DNA from: Cirrosporium novae-zelandiae | Lineage: Eukaryota | Direction of reading: 5' to 3' | DNA length: 64,000 bases | Assembly (NCBI GenBank): GCA_026023565.1 | Contig: JAPETS010000004.1 | Coordinates: forward strand, 310,001-374,000 | Part shown: positions 41,151-54,066 of the stretch, piece by piece | How the letters are laid out: every line of letters starts with the position of its first letter | How positions within the stretch are numbered: the first letter of the stretch is position 1 | Position numbers and translations under genes: made by a program | The notes under the pieces: model-generated | Database searches by the model: none | Told to the model about the DNA's origin: nothing | Seen by the model: only the letters and a program-made list of their open reading frames with translations

Positions 41151-41493
41151 GATGGGTCTTGATTTGATAAAGAAGTGGCGACCTGACCTTTTCTCCTGAG
41201 TGATGGGTGGTATTCTTCTAATCTTCCAAGCTAGCTCTTTACAGCAACATTGTTTTTTCCATGTAGCAAAATGGTGAACTACTTCTCCTTCGTCTGGCGC
41301 GTGCTACAAGCCCCATGCTCTGTTTATGAGGATATTTAGTATGGGATGCCTAATATCGGATCGAAAATGGCGACCAGAGAGGAAGGAATTTTTGAAATTT
41401 TCGCTTTTATATTTAGCTGTATGATAGGTTTATTCAAGTTGAAGTAGGTACTCAGGCAGGACGAGAGCAAGGACGGAATAATATAGATATTCT

Positions 41494-41495
41494 TC

Positions 41496-41539
<44 letters not shown>

Positions 41540-41540
41540 C
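41494..41540. repeat. (CAA)n intergenic microsatellite
   Basis: About 15 perfect CAA units between the convergent IES1 and MFS genes. Confidence 0.9.
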
Positions 41541-41796
41541 TCTATTTGTTTACCTAATAGGAAGGCACAACACTCGCGACCACTAGAAGAGAGATAAAGA
41601 GTGAAATATAGGTTATTTTATTGAAACCCTACCCGAGATTTTCTTAACCATCTGGTGCGCCGGATCCATTTCTATTAGCACGTATGGCACACACAAGGTA
41701 CCAAACAACATCATCCTATCATCATTACATGCGATACAAAAGATAAAGGGGTCAAACATTCTCCACCCCCTGTGATCTTTCTGCTATAAGTTTTAA

Positions 41797-43341
41797 TTAA
41801 ATCAAATACCTGTATTCTGGGTTTCCATCTCCCATCTTTGTCTTTTCCCACTCGGTTAGCCCCACATCTCTGACACTGCGATCGCGATTCCGGTTTTGCG
41901 TCAGACAAGCAATCAAATATACGACGCAACTGATCACGGAGAGGCATAGGAAAGATATGCAGATGATGTACCCCGGACGATAGTAGGGAGCATCTTTACT
42001 CAAGAATGCGTACGTAGCGATGATTCCCCCAATATTCCCAAACGAAACCTGCCAAGCGCTGCCGACGGAACGTCGCAGATGACCACCCAGGTTCATATTG
42101 AACCAGCACACGATGACTGGCATTGCGCTGTAGCAGCCCATGGTGGCAAGGAACAGGGCCCCGTATTCCAGACGCGTGTTGTGATGCACGTTGATTAGGA
42201 TGCCAAAGCCGGCTAACGCGACACAGATAGGCAGGATAGTGAATGCGAAGCGGTGGCGTGTTTTGTCGCTGATGTATGCGATTACCATGGCGAAGACGAA
42301 GGCGGCCGCCCAAGGAGGGACCGAGTGGAGTTGAGTGGAGACGGTGCTGTAACCGTAGCCTTTGATAATACCGGGAGCGAAGTAGGCATATCCGTATGCT
42401 GGCACGATGAGACCGAAGTACATGAAGCCTCCAATAATTATCTTCGGGTCTTTGAAGACAGCCAGAACATCTGCAACGCCGAAGTGGTACTCCACGCCAG
42501 ATTTGCCTTGTTCGCTGACCAACCGAGCTTTTATATACTGGCGCTCGGGCTCTGAAAGCCATTTGGCATCCTCGACGAAGTCGGGTAGGAGGAAGAAGAA
42601 GATAATCCCCACGACGCAGGTGAGTGTGCCTTCGAGAATGAAAATCCAACGCCAGCCGCTATAGCCCCGTAAGCCGTCCATTTCCCCAATAGCAGAGGCG
42701 AGGAGCCCGCCGAATGCGCCGGCGAGGGTTGTGCTGCTGAAGAAAAATGAGTACCGTCGCTGAGCTTCGCTGCGCTTATACCACATGCCGATGAGGTAGA
42801 AACATCCCGGAAACATGCCAGTTTCAGCGAGGCCGAGGAAGAAGCGTGTGGCTAGGAGACCGGAATACGACTGGACGAGACCTTGGCAGACGGTAATCAG
42901 ACCAAAGAGAAAGAGGCAAATGCTCAGCCAGATATGTGGGCGGAGTTTCTTCAGGAGGATGTTGGAGGGAATCTCGAAGAGGATATAGGGAATGAAGAAT
43001 ATGGTGAGGGCGGTGTTATATTTGGTGCCGTTGAGGTTGAGGTCCTCGACCATGTTATAGATCTTGGCATTAGCGATATTAGTCCGGTCCAAGAAGGCGA
43101 GGAGGTACATTATGCTGAGGAAGGGAATAATGCGTAGATCAACGCGGGTCATGAGTTTTTTCTCGGTCGTGTGTGGCGGGCATTGGGGCTCATCTGAGAG
43201 GGAGTCGGAGGAGCAGTTGTAGTTGCTGGCATTTTCGAGGTCTGGTTGATGATCTATATGTCAGAATTTAGTATTCGCTAACAATTGGGGTAGAGTTCTG
43301 GTAAATGTAGAATAAAACTAACTGCCTTTTGAGACATCCAT
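41797..43341 (-). CDS. MFS transporter, anion:cation symporter (Tna1/Dal5-like); exons 43341-43323 and 43253-41797
   Basis: VDLRIIP...FLDRTNIANA, FEIPSN, RFFLGLAE, WYKRSE, GWRWIFILEG, about 12 hydrophobic segments. Confidence 0.92.
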
Positions 43342-43940
43342 TTTGAAGGGCTTATATATTCCAGGAAGGTAGACGAATATACTAAGTCTGGATGAAGGGA
43401 AGATAATATGTCTAGTCCCTTTTATACAACAGACGAGTCATAACGGATTGCGATTTCGCAGATGGAAATATAAATCAGAGCCGTTATTCCCTGTTACCCC
43501 ACACTTTACTATAGGCCGCCATCGGAAGCTAGCACGTGGTTGGAGGCTTGATAGAGACTTGACCATACATTGGACATGTATAGTTGATTACTACAGCAAA
43601 TATCAATTAAATAATACGGCTATTCCTAATATGATCTAGTTAGAGGTTTCCATCCAATAGGAGTCCTGAATCCAAAGGCCTTTTACTTTAAGGTACAGTA
43701 CAAAGCTCCTACAGCTCCCCTAAGCTCCCTATGACATAATTTGAGCCTGAGCTGCTCTAACTCTCTACAAGAAAGTACAAGGTAATAATTAGTTACAGGG
43801 TTCATCCTCTTTCCACTTTGAAATTAACCGCTTTCACTTTATATTCATGATTCAACTCTTTAATTTAATGATGCAAATGCAAATACAAATGAAAATCTCG
43901 CATCTCTACTCTCAACCATTTTTTACTTCCTGAACTTGAA

Positions 43941-45664
43941 ATGGCTTCTCCAGATTCACCTTCTGCCTCCTATCGTCCAGGCCTTAATACCTACATTCCT
44001 CTTATCTGTGGTTATGATGATTATGATGAATCCGTTCTTTCCACCCGTGGCCAGCGTCTTCCGCAAATCATCCAAAACCGTTCTGCGACGAACCTAATGC
44101 ATCTTACGCATGCTTCGTTGGGAAGGAGACAGTCAATCCAAAAAAGAGCGTCTGATGAAGAGGAAGGCCTCGCACTTAGTGCGAGTGAGGCTAGGAGCTA
44201 TGGCGATAGAGATATGACCAATGGGGAAATCTCGAGAAACACATCAACCCCCGAATTCCTCAGCAATCCTCAAATGAGAAGCATGCGGCTGATCGGAAAC
44301 AGCAACCCCAGATATCAATGGGCTAAATATTATAAGTCTGAGGAGGAGCTGAAGAAGATGAAAAAATCGATCCGTCGATACTACGAGCGCAATAATTTCT
44401 TGGTCTCCCAATATTTGTACATCGACAGATTACTAGACTCGTCAATGCCTCACGAGCTGATCCAAGAATATCACACAAACTTGGACATCCCCAGTACCAT
44501 TAGAGAAGAGCCTCCCTCCCCTGGCATCTCTCCCTCCGACTCTTCGACAAATGCTACCGATAGCACACAACCAGACAAGTCCAAACCTAGTAAGGTCAAG
44601 AGAACGCCAAAGGCCATCTACAAAATTACCGACGAGACAACCCCATTGTTGGCCAGTGATACACCAGAAGATCATAATGTTCCCCTTCCTGATCAAGATG
44701 AGCGAGTTGACAGTAACCAACTAGTTGTTACCATGGCAATTTACATAAATCTCACGGCCAATTTCATTCTTCTCATTTGTAAAAGCATCGTCATTGCACT
44801 GACCAGTTCACTTTCGGTTCTGGCAAGTCTGGTTGATGCAGCTCTCGATTTTTTGAGCACTGCTATTGTATGGACTACTACGAAGATGGTCAGACACAAA
44901 GACCAATACGCTTATCCTGTAGGCCGGAGACGGTTGGAACCGATTGGCGTTCTTGTGTTTTCTGTTATAATGATAACCTCTTTCTTTCAAGTCTCTCTGG
45001 AATGTTTCAGCCGCCTCACATCTGGAGACGAATCTATTGTTCAGCTAAGCCTCCCCTCGATTCTAATCATGGCAGGGACTGTGGTAGTCAAGGGAGCTTG
45101 CTGGATGTGGTGTCGATTGATCAAAAACTCGAGCGTTCAGGCTCTAGCTCAAGATGCCATGACTGATGTTGTTTTCAATACGTTCAGTATCATTTTTCCA
45201 ATCAGTAAGCGTCTTCATCATTTCATGGTAGTTGGTTTGCTGGCTAACCTCGTCTAATAGTTGGTTACTACGCAAAGGTTTGGTGGTGTGATGCTCTTGG
45301 AGGACTACTACTATCCCTTTATGTTATTTTCAACTGGTCTCGCACTACTCACGTCCACATTCGTAACCTCACTGGTGCAGCTGCTTCGGCTGATGAACGA
45401 AACGTCCTCCTATACCTAACGATGCGTTTCGCCAAAACCATCAAGCAAATCCAAGGCTTACAAGCATATCATTCTGGGGACAAGTTAAACGTTGAAGTCG
45501 ACGTTGTGGTCGACGAGGGAATGAGTCTCAGGGACAGCCACGATCTTGGAGAGAGCCTGCAATATGTACTTGAGAGCGTGCCAGGTGTGGAACGTGCATT
45601 TGTACATCTTGATTACGCGGGATGGAATCTACCAAGTCATATGTTACAAGATGAAGAGGAATGA
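43941..45664 (+). CDS. Cation diffusion facilitator (Mn-CDF/MTP-like); intron 45205-45260
   Basis: SVLASLVDAALDFLS, YPVGRRRLEPIG, ALAQDAMTDVVFN (DxxxD sites), C-terminal HDLGESLQYVLE...VERAFVHLDY. Confidence 0.9.
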
Positions 45665-46004
45665 CGGACGATAATAGATGGATTTTTTACGGCTGGTGTT
45701 ATTGCACTTTTACTTGTATGGATTTCCGGCTATACCATGTGGGTAGCAAAAAGGACACAAGGCATTTTGGTGTTGAATAGGTATAGTAATTAGTAGATAG
45801 TTCTGTAACGTTAGATGAATCAGCTTTTCATTTTGTAATCTAATAATTGACGTGTAACCTTGAATCGGATAAATAAAGATTATGCTTACATAACATCCCT
45901 GTAACCATCGACTACAAATTCTTGATCCGGTTTGCTTCGCACCCTTTCTTGATTTCTCTTTTTCTTTTTTTCTTTACACTTTTATAAAATACCTCACGAA
46001 CGCA

Positions 46005-46172
46005 TAATCAACCGCCAATCCTCACAGCGTCTATATCGTAACGTATATGGATGCGACCATAGGTTGGTCGGTCATATTGGCGTACAAGAATGATTGCTTG
46101 CAGCAGGCACATTTAAGGCTTCCCTTCGTTTTGCACGTTGGATGGTAGAAGTCACCTGCGTGTCTGACATGG
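46005..46172 (+). ncRNA. Candidate box H/ACA snoRNA
   Basis: Hairpin, H box ACAAGA (46084), second hairpin with internal pocket, ACA (46167); TATAAAA at 45983. Confidence 0.45.
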
Positions 46173-46809
46173 TTGATGTTTCGTAAGGCAGACGGCCTTG
46201 ATGAGTGTTTCATGATTAGAGGAGTTGGTTAGCCTATTGAGATAAAAAAAAATAAAGTAGATTTTCAATACTTATTATTGTATGTTTTATATATGAACTA
46301 ACCATACTTACGTCCTTGAAAGTTGGAAAATAGGACACGATAGTCTTTCTCAGTAATTAATTGGTGTTGTCTAGTCTATAGTAGTAAGCAGTATACTGCA
46401 CTAATGGTAGGTGGCCGTGTGGTGGCCCCCTTCTCGGCCTGTACCTACCGAACCAAAATTAGTAAGGTGGTCGTGGGTGGTTAGGCTTCTCTTGCCCCCC
46501 AGGAAGCCCAGGAAAAGCCCAAAAGTCTTCGGTCCCCTGTCTGCTCTGTTGCAATCGCTGACTATCGCATTTATTGACAATTCATGCTCTCCATGCTCCT
46601 AATGACTTCCAGAGTCTTGAGCTGAGCTCCTATTTCTTGCTTTTTGCGTCTTGTTTCTTCTTCACTCCTTACTATCCTTTTGCTCTTGCTGCACCACTCG
46701 ATCCTGTCCTTTTCCGTCCATCAACAGTTTTCAGGAGCTTTTCGAAAACATTTCTTCCTTGTCTTCTCCCTCCCTAATTGTCTGCCATACTTCTTTTTGA
46801 TTTATTACG

Positions 46810-48983
46810 ATGACGACCGCGATAAGTAAGCGTCAGCAAGCGCGCAACGAACGCGCATTGCAAGATTTGATCAGGACTATTCCTGGAAATGATAGGTGTG
46901 CTGATTGTGGGGCGCGAAATCCAGGATGGGCAAGTTGGAGTGTGAGTTCTTCCAGTCTGATCTCTGGCCATTGAACAACTTAAAGACCAATGTTGACATA
47001 ATATTATTGTCCCGCTTATGGGCGATCTATTTGTTACCACACTGGTGGCTAAGAATGGGAAATGAAATGGATGCATGTGCTAACTAATGAACCTTCGGAT
47101 GTTTGCAGTTAGGCGTATTCCTATGCATGCGATGTGCAGCGTTGCACCGGAAATTGGGTACTCACATATCAAAAGTGAAGTCATTGAGTATGGATTCATG
47201 GAATTCAGAACAAGTCGATGTATGAACAAGCCGCCTAGCCTTTACAATACTCACCACCCCATATTAATCACCAAGCCAGAATATGAAACGAATGGGTAAT
47301 ACAATCTCGAATAAGCTCTACAACCCGCGAAATGTCAAACCTCCGATCCCACTTGATGTTGATGAGGTAGATTCGGCCATGGAGAGATTCATAAGGCAGA
47401 AATACGAGAACAAGTCTTTATCCGATGGTAAAGCTGCAAAACATACAACAGGTGGTACACTTAGCTCCGAGGATGAGCCACCCCCGTTACCTCCAAAAAC
47501 CGGAAAGAAATTTGGGTTTGGTCTCCGAGCTGCATCTTCTACGTTCCCTTTCCCGAAGCCACATTCGCACCAAGATTCTCCACCCACATCTCCAGACAGG
47601 GCATTCTCACCACCACCAGATAATAAGCCTTCACGTGTATTTGGAGCGTCGATTAGCGACTCCGGAGCGAGCTTCGAATCAAAACTAGCTACACTGAGAG
47701 ATATGGGGTTTCCAAATGATAAACGTAATGCCACAGTGCTCAAAGGACTTAATGGAAATTTAGAGAGAACAATTGAATCACTAGTGAGGCTAGGAGAAGG
47801 TGGCCAGCCAGCATCAAGAGCGCGAACACCGAAACCTCAGGAAGTTTCGCAGCAAAGCGGTGCTACCATCGTACATACTCATCATGAGAGCAGTAACAGC
47901 AACAACCCATTCGATCGCATGCCAAACCCTGCTCCACAAACTGCCGGGCCTGGAATACAGATGGCATCTTCTATGCAGCAGGTCAACGGGCAATATCCTA
48001 TGCAACAGCAGAACTCCTATAATCCTTTTGATCAGTCTCAGGTCTCCGCTCCCCTCGAGCAATCCTTCCAGGCTCTAAACGTCTCCCAACCCCTGTTTCC
48101 CCATAGTACTGGAGGATATCCGGCACAACAACACCCACAAATGCAATCAGTACGGCATCAATACTCTATGACGCCTCCGATCTCAGTTCCTCAGTATGTG
48201 GCCTCTAACTCTTTACAGCAGCAGCAGCAGCAACCAATGGCCAACGTTACTGGAGGCTATAATCCTTTCCTACAGCAGAATCCATCTCAAACGAACCCGT
48301 TTATGACGCAAATGCAGCAGCCGCAATCCTCGAACCCGTGGGCATCACAAGTCCAAACTCAGCCACAGCAACAACAGTTCATTTATCAGCAAACTCAGCA
48401 GCAGACCCAGCCACAACCACAGCAGTACTCCTACCAGCAACCCCAGGTTCAGCAGCTCCAGCAGTCAACTCAACCTCAATACCCTTCTTATCCCCCGCAG
48501 CCACCACAGGCTCAGCAACAAAATCCATACTTTACTCTTCAACCTCAACATACCCGTGTTGACAAGACTTCTATCCTTGCTCTATACAATTACCCGCAGC
48601 TTGCGCCAGCCCCTAGTGAGCAGCAGCAGCAACCCTCGCAAGACCAACCAAATCAACAGCAAAGTATCCCTTTCCGTAGTGCTACTATGCCGATTCTCCC
48701 TTCTTCGACATCTTCTGTTCCTCAGGCTCAAGATCCCACCCAACCCTCTGCCGGCAGTCGAAATCCGTTTCTTACCTCCGCACCACCCGCTTCTAATGTT
48801 GTCGCTAGTGCACAAGGGTCAGCTTCCACAAATACGGTTCCTAGTGGTCCTCGGCATGCAACGCAAGAAAGTTTAGCTATAAACGGTGGTGGAGGATTAG
48901 GATGGGGAGGGTGGGCAAGCGAAAGTGGGAGGCACAGTCCAGATGCATTTGCAAGCTTGAGTGCGAGGTATGGAGGAAGATGA
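46810..48983 (+). CDS. GTS1: ArfGAP + UBA protein with NPF motifs (Gts1/Ucp3-like); exons 46810-46941, 47109-47219, 47280-48983
   Basis: CADCGARNPGWASWS/LGVFLCMRCAALHRKLGTHISKVKSL zinc finger; UBA LRDMGF...NGNLERTIESL; Q-rich tail with several NPF. Confidence 0.85.
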
Positions 48984-49446
48984 AGATAAAGATGAAGTAT
49001 TTGACCTTGAAAAGGTAATGGGAATTTCTATACATTGTTGGATATAATTTTTTATTTTGTGCTACCCCGGTCGGGTTCTTGATTTAATGGGATGAAAGCA
49101 AAAAACAACGTTTGAGGGATACCTACTTATCTACGCCTACGCATCAGAATGTATTAGTATATAGCATTGCATTTTTCTCTCTTTCTACTAGGGGGTGTAG
49201 GATAGATGAAACCGGGAGGATATGGAAATGTGGACAGTATTTTTAATTTATGGATAATGCTATACCCTTTTCTGCTCGTTGGTTGTATCTGATGTCTATG
49301 CACATGCTATGGTAATAAAAAGTAGCTACCTAGGTATTCAGTAGTATGCAGTATCACGTGAGTACACATTACCTACCTAGTCTATTCTCAGGTCGCATTT
49401 TGAATTCTACCATTTAGAGCCCATTGAAAAATGGTTTGAGGCGACA

Positions 49447-51641
49447 ATGTCCCCGAATCCAACATTGCAAGCCTCTATAAAAGCGAACGGAGATCCAATT
49501 GTCCTTGACAAAGACAAGCCTTTAATATTACGCCCCCCGTCCCCACATGACCTTCTACTTTTCCTTGTCGCATTTCGAATTCTCAATGCTCTAAGTATAA
49601 GCACCTTCTTTCAGCCAGATGAATACTTTCAATCACTTGAGCCGGCCTGGAAAATGGCTTTTGGAGAAGAGAGCGGAGCTTGGATCACATGGGTAACCTG
49701 ATTATCCTCTTTGTGATTCCTCCTGGAGGCTTATATTCGCTCCAGGAATGGAAGAACCAGCTGAGATCTGCCATACATCCGGCCCTATTCGCCGGCGTCT
49801 ATGCCATTTGTGACATGCTGGCGAAATTACTAAACGTTGGTCCTTCAATTCGAGCAGATATGTTACTCTCCGCGCCGAAAGTTTTGCAGGGTGTATTTGC
49901 TGCGCTTGGAGATTTCTACACCTGGAAATTGTCCGTGACAGTTTATGGGCTGGGAAGTACTGAGTCCTGGGCCGCAGTATGTTTTAGCGTTTTACTTGTT
50001 TCTGTGCATTCACAAAAATGCTGATGTTGGAGCTGTCACAGCTCGCCTTGACAGCCCTTAGTCCATGGCAATGGTTCTGTTCAGCGAGAACCTTGTCCAA
50101 TTGCCTGGAAACTACGTTGACTATCACAGCACTCTACTATTGGCCATGGCAGTTTTTGGCTAATCGTACTGGTGTTGATGGACCCGATAATCAGGCGGCT
50201 CGGATAGGATACAACGAAAATACAAAAGGGAATCATAGGCTGAATCAACTGACAAGGTAATGAGCCGCTGTAGCTTCCTGTATATATAAAATTCCTAATT
50301 ATGATATTAGCCTTCGAAAATCGCTGTTACTCGCAGCACTGGCATGCATCTTACGTCCCACGAATATTATAATATGGGCTTGGTTGGGATCAAGTTGTCT
50401 CCTGGGGCCAATTCCTGAGAGGAAGAAACTACAATTGGCCAGGGAAACAATCTTTTGTGGGTAAGCATCTATCTTCAGTCCTCGTGACATTTCTACTCTC
50501 GGTAACAGACTCTAGATCAATAGTCTTGGCCATTTCTTTGGCTGTTGACCGTCTCTATTACGGTATATGGACCTTCCCTCCATTCACATTTCTCCATTTC
50601 AATCTGGTCCAATCACTGGCTATTTTCTACGGCTCTAACCCTTGGCATTATTATCTCCTCCAAGGCTATCCTCTTCTTCTAATAACCTACATTCCTTTCG
50701 CGGTTTCCGGTATTTATCGCACCATTTCTCCCAGTGTCCCCCAGAACCGCTGCCAACCCCCTTTATCTAGAAATGTAATTTGGCAGCTTGGCAACATTGC
50801 TATTGCCCTCCCCTTTATACTTTCGCTCATCACCCACAAAGAAGTGCGGTTTATATACCCCATTCTCCCGGCTTTGCATATACTCTCCGCCAAGCCATGT
50901 GTATCCTTTTTCCACCACCGGCCCGGGCGACGCTATCTTCTTAGCATGATGTTCCTGGTCAACATTTGTGTCACTGTCGTCCTGACCTACATCTACCAAC
51001 GCGCCCCTCTAACAGTCCTCAATTATATCCGCCACGAAGTTATTCTCTCTCAGCCATCCAACCATACCACCACCCTCGGTTTTCTAATGCCCTGCCACTC
51101 CACCCCATGGCGTTCTCATCTTATTTTTCCACAAGACATACTTTCCGCGTGGGCACTCACCTGCGAACCTCCTTTAGACATCCCCCCCGGTTCGTCTCGG
51201 GCTGCTTACCTTGACGAGGCGGATCAATTCTACACAGATCCATCCCAGTGGCTCCATACACATATGATGGAGCCTCCTTCTCGCTCTAGTCTTCATCCCC
51301 AGCCACAAGGTGTGCAGTCTGGGCAATCTCAGAATCCTTCAAAAAACCATAACCCGGAATCCACGCAGCAGCCATCGCGAGATGGACAACCGACTTCTTT
51401 TACAGTAGGAGCGAGAGAGATCGCAAAGAGAAAATGGCCAGAGTACGTTGCGTTCTTTGGACAATTGGAACCAGTGATGAAAGAAGTTCTGGGGGATGAG
51501 AGTGGATATAGAGAGTGCTGGAGAGGAGGCAATGGATTCGGAGGATGGCATGAGGATTCCAGACGCCAGGGTGGTATTGTTGTTTGGTGCGCTCAACAAC
51601 AACAAGATGAAGAGAAACGGAGGGGGGGGGACGTGAGGTAA
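49447..51641 (+). CDS. GPI10: GPI mannosyltransferase 3 (PIG-B/Gpi10), multi-exon
   Basis: [62 protein letters not shown]. Confidence 0.93.
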
Positions 51642-52172
51642 ATGTTATTTGAGGATTCGACAACTTTTGTCCGCATATACTCTAACACTAAGTATCCACT
51701 ATAATCAGTTAGTGGATACTCAAATGTATATTTTGCTTATGTAGACAAAAGTGTTGTTGGCTTACCCTTCCTAGCAGCCAATTTATTTTACTCAAGGCAA
51801 TTTTTCCACCACCATCGATGACAAAGCGATAGAAGAACAGAGTGAAAGAGTGAAAGCCAATCATTGATATTTCGATTCCCATTAGAGAGAGAATCCCACG
51901 ATACTACCTACCTATCTACCTACCCTACTATAAACCTAACCCAATGAATCGAAAAAAGTCCAACACTCGCTGAGGTGGGAAAATAACCAAACCGCTTAGA
52001 AATTTCCGTGATCAAAAAAAAAACAAGAACTCCCCTTTTGTACTCCACGACAGATGGTATTTTTGCTTGCGATGTGATTCCCAACAACAGGGCAGTATTT
52101 TTTATCATGTACAAATCACCTAACACATAAAAATTTTTCTTTTTCTTATTTCTTTTTTCTTATGCTTTTTTC

Positions 52173-54066
52173 CTACCATATAATACCTCTCCATTCAAAA
52201 CCTCCATCCACGTTCCTCCAATCCCTCTGGACAATTCCCTTGTCCCATCCCATCATGACAGCCAGTATCCGACATCCGACGCTGCTGACTGCACAAACCA
52301 CCTTGTCGCTCTGTCCCAAAACCGCCAGGTCCAACAGATACGCCCTTCCAACCAGCTCTCGGAGCCACAAGGCATCTTTGGTCGGATGTTTTTTGAACTC
52401 GTTCTGTAGATCTTCGTTTGTGGAATCGGCGTTAGGATCGGCGTTGTGATTGGCAGTTGGTCCACGTCGAGACGGTGCGGGACCTGAGCTCGGAAGGGAT
52501 AGAGGAGTACCAAGAGACCAGAAAAGTGAGGTAAAAAAACCACCTTCCCAGCCGATGGTATCGTCTACACCGCCAGTATTGCCCGAGGTCAAACTCGATT
52601 TTGACGCAAGCACAATTTGAGATTGTGCGCGCATAGGAGAAGGGAAGGATGGAGATTCATACACATTTGGGTCATCGGAAGAAAGAAGGATATTTACAGG
52701 TGAAGCAGTGGTGCTGTTAGCGTCGTACAGAGAGAAGACTTCGTCGGCATAATTTTCGAGCGGGATATAGGATTCTTGATATTGGAATTCGTATGGGTGT
52801 CGGTCACCATGGCGGACATGTACGCCAACTTCTAGACCACCTTTGGCGCGGACAGAAGCGTCTAATTCCGCAAGGCGCTGTCGGAGATACTTGGAATCCG
52901 TGTCGGAGAGATGGAAGAGGGCTTCATAGCCATCACGAAGGAGGGAGAATATGTTGTTTTGGCGCAGGACACCAATTTTACGGGGGTTTTCAAAGTATTC
53001 ATTAAATTGGTGGCCGAAAGTCCAGGACGTGGTGGCTGCCGAGACAAGAAGATGCTTGGCATGATGTGGGCAAGGAAGAATTTGCGAAGGAGGAGGTCGA
53101 AGACAAGTAGGTTCTGGTGGAGGTTGGAAGAAGGTAGTATAGTTGCCGTAAGCCCTACGTATGGTTAGTGGACGGAAATTGAATTAAATGAAAACTACTG
53201 TACCAGTTGGTGTCATCTATAAAGAAGGCTCGACCCTCCTTCTTGGCAAGGCCGTAGCTCATCCATAGACCCATCAAGGTCGGTCCCATTCCAGCGTCTT
53301 CGGTCTCCATCACATACGTTAAGCTCTTATCACAAATTCTCCCCTTTCCATGACCTTGCATGTATGCCAGATCGTCACTCATTGAGCCTTTCATTTCGCC
53401 CGCTCGGTCCATGATCTCATCCTCAAACCGCGCTGGACGTGTTTCTTTTTCGCCTGGTAGCAGACCAGCCGCAATTGCTTCTCCAACATCCACAAAATTG
53501 GCATCGACATGGTAATAATTGAAATGACCAATACTATTCTTCCCTTTGTTCTTCGCCTCCATCACATGCCTAGATATTTCGTCCGATGCAGAGCAGAGAG
53601 AGGTGTATTCTTGAGGGGACAGGGGAAATGGCAGTGAAGCTGGTATTGAAACCGTCCACTTTGTTCTGCCCTTTTTGTCTGTTACAACCAACGGCGTTGC
53701 CTCCTCAGGCAGTTCGTTTGCCCCAATTATCTCATAAGCTTCTCCATCATCGGCAAGATAGGCAGTAGACTTGAATGAATTTTCCGTTTCTAACATGGAA
53801 TATGCATACCACATCATGACGGTTATCACAAAGATCCATAGTAGATATCGGAGTATAAGACGAATCGGAGGCGACTTTCGTTTCTGTGCTGGTAATCCTG
53901 GGGATAAGAGGGAAGGTAGTCTTGGTGAAGGTAGCGGAGGTTCGAGGAGATATTGAATAAGCGACTGACCTTCCGCCTGAGCAGGAAGTGGGGGGAACAA
54001 GGAATTCGGGTTGGGGTTATTCCGTCGCATTGACATACTGGGATGATTATGTGGCGACAGAATCAT
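52173..54066 (-). CDS. Type II membrane protein with FUT8/NodZ (GT23-like) glycosyltransferase motifs; exons 54066-53204 and 53154-52173
   Basis: Single TM LILRYLLWIFVITVMMWYAY; spliced ORF contains GVHVRHGD, LLSSDDP and DLAVLGQSDKVVCAVSSVGCRILA. Confidence 0.75.

Noticed and set aside
41660..41680. GGATCCATTTCTATTAG resembling U3 snoRNA box A
   Set aside because: Imperfect match without the downstream B/C/D boxes
41996..42649. 217-aa alternative-frame ORF within the MFS gene and higher local GC
   Set aside because: Explained by C/G-ending codon bias; no independent evidence for a second protein or for horizontal transfer
46304..46314. ATACTTACG resembling the U1 snRNA 5' end
   Set aside because: Mismatch to ATACTTACCTG and no U1 stem-loops or Sm site
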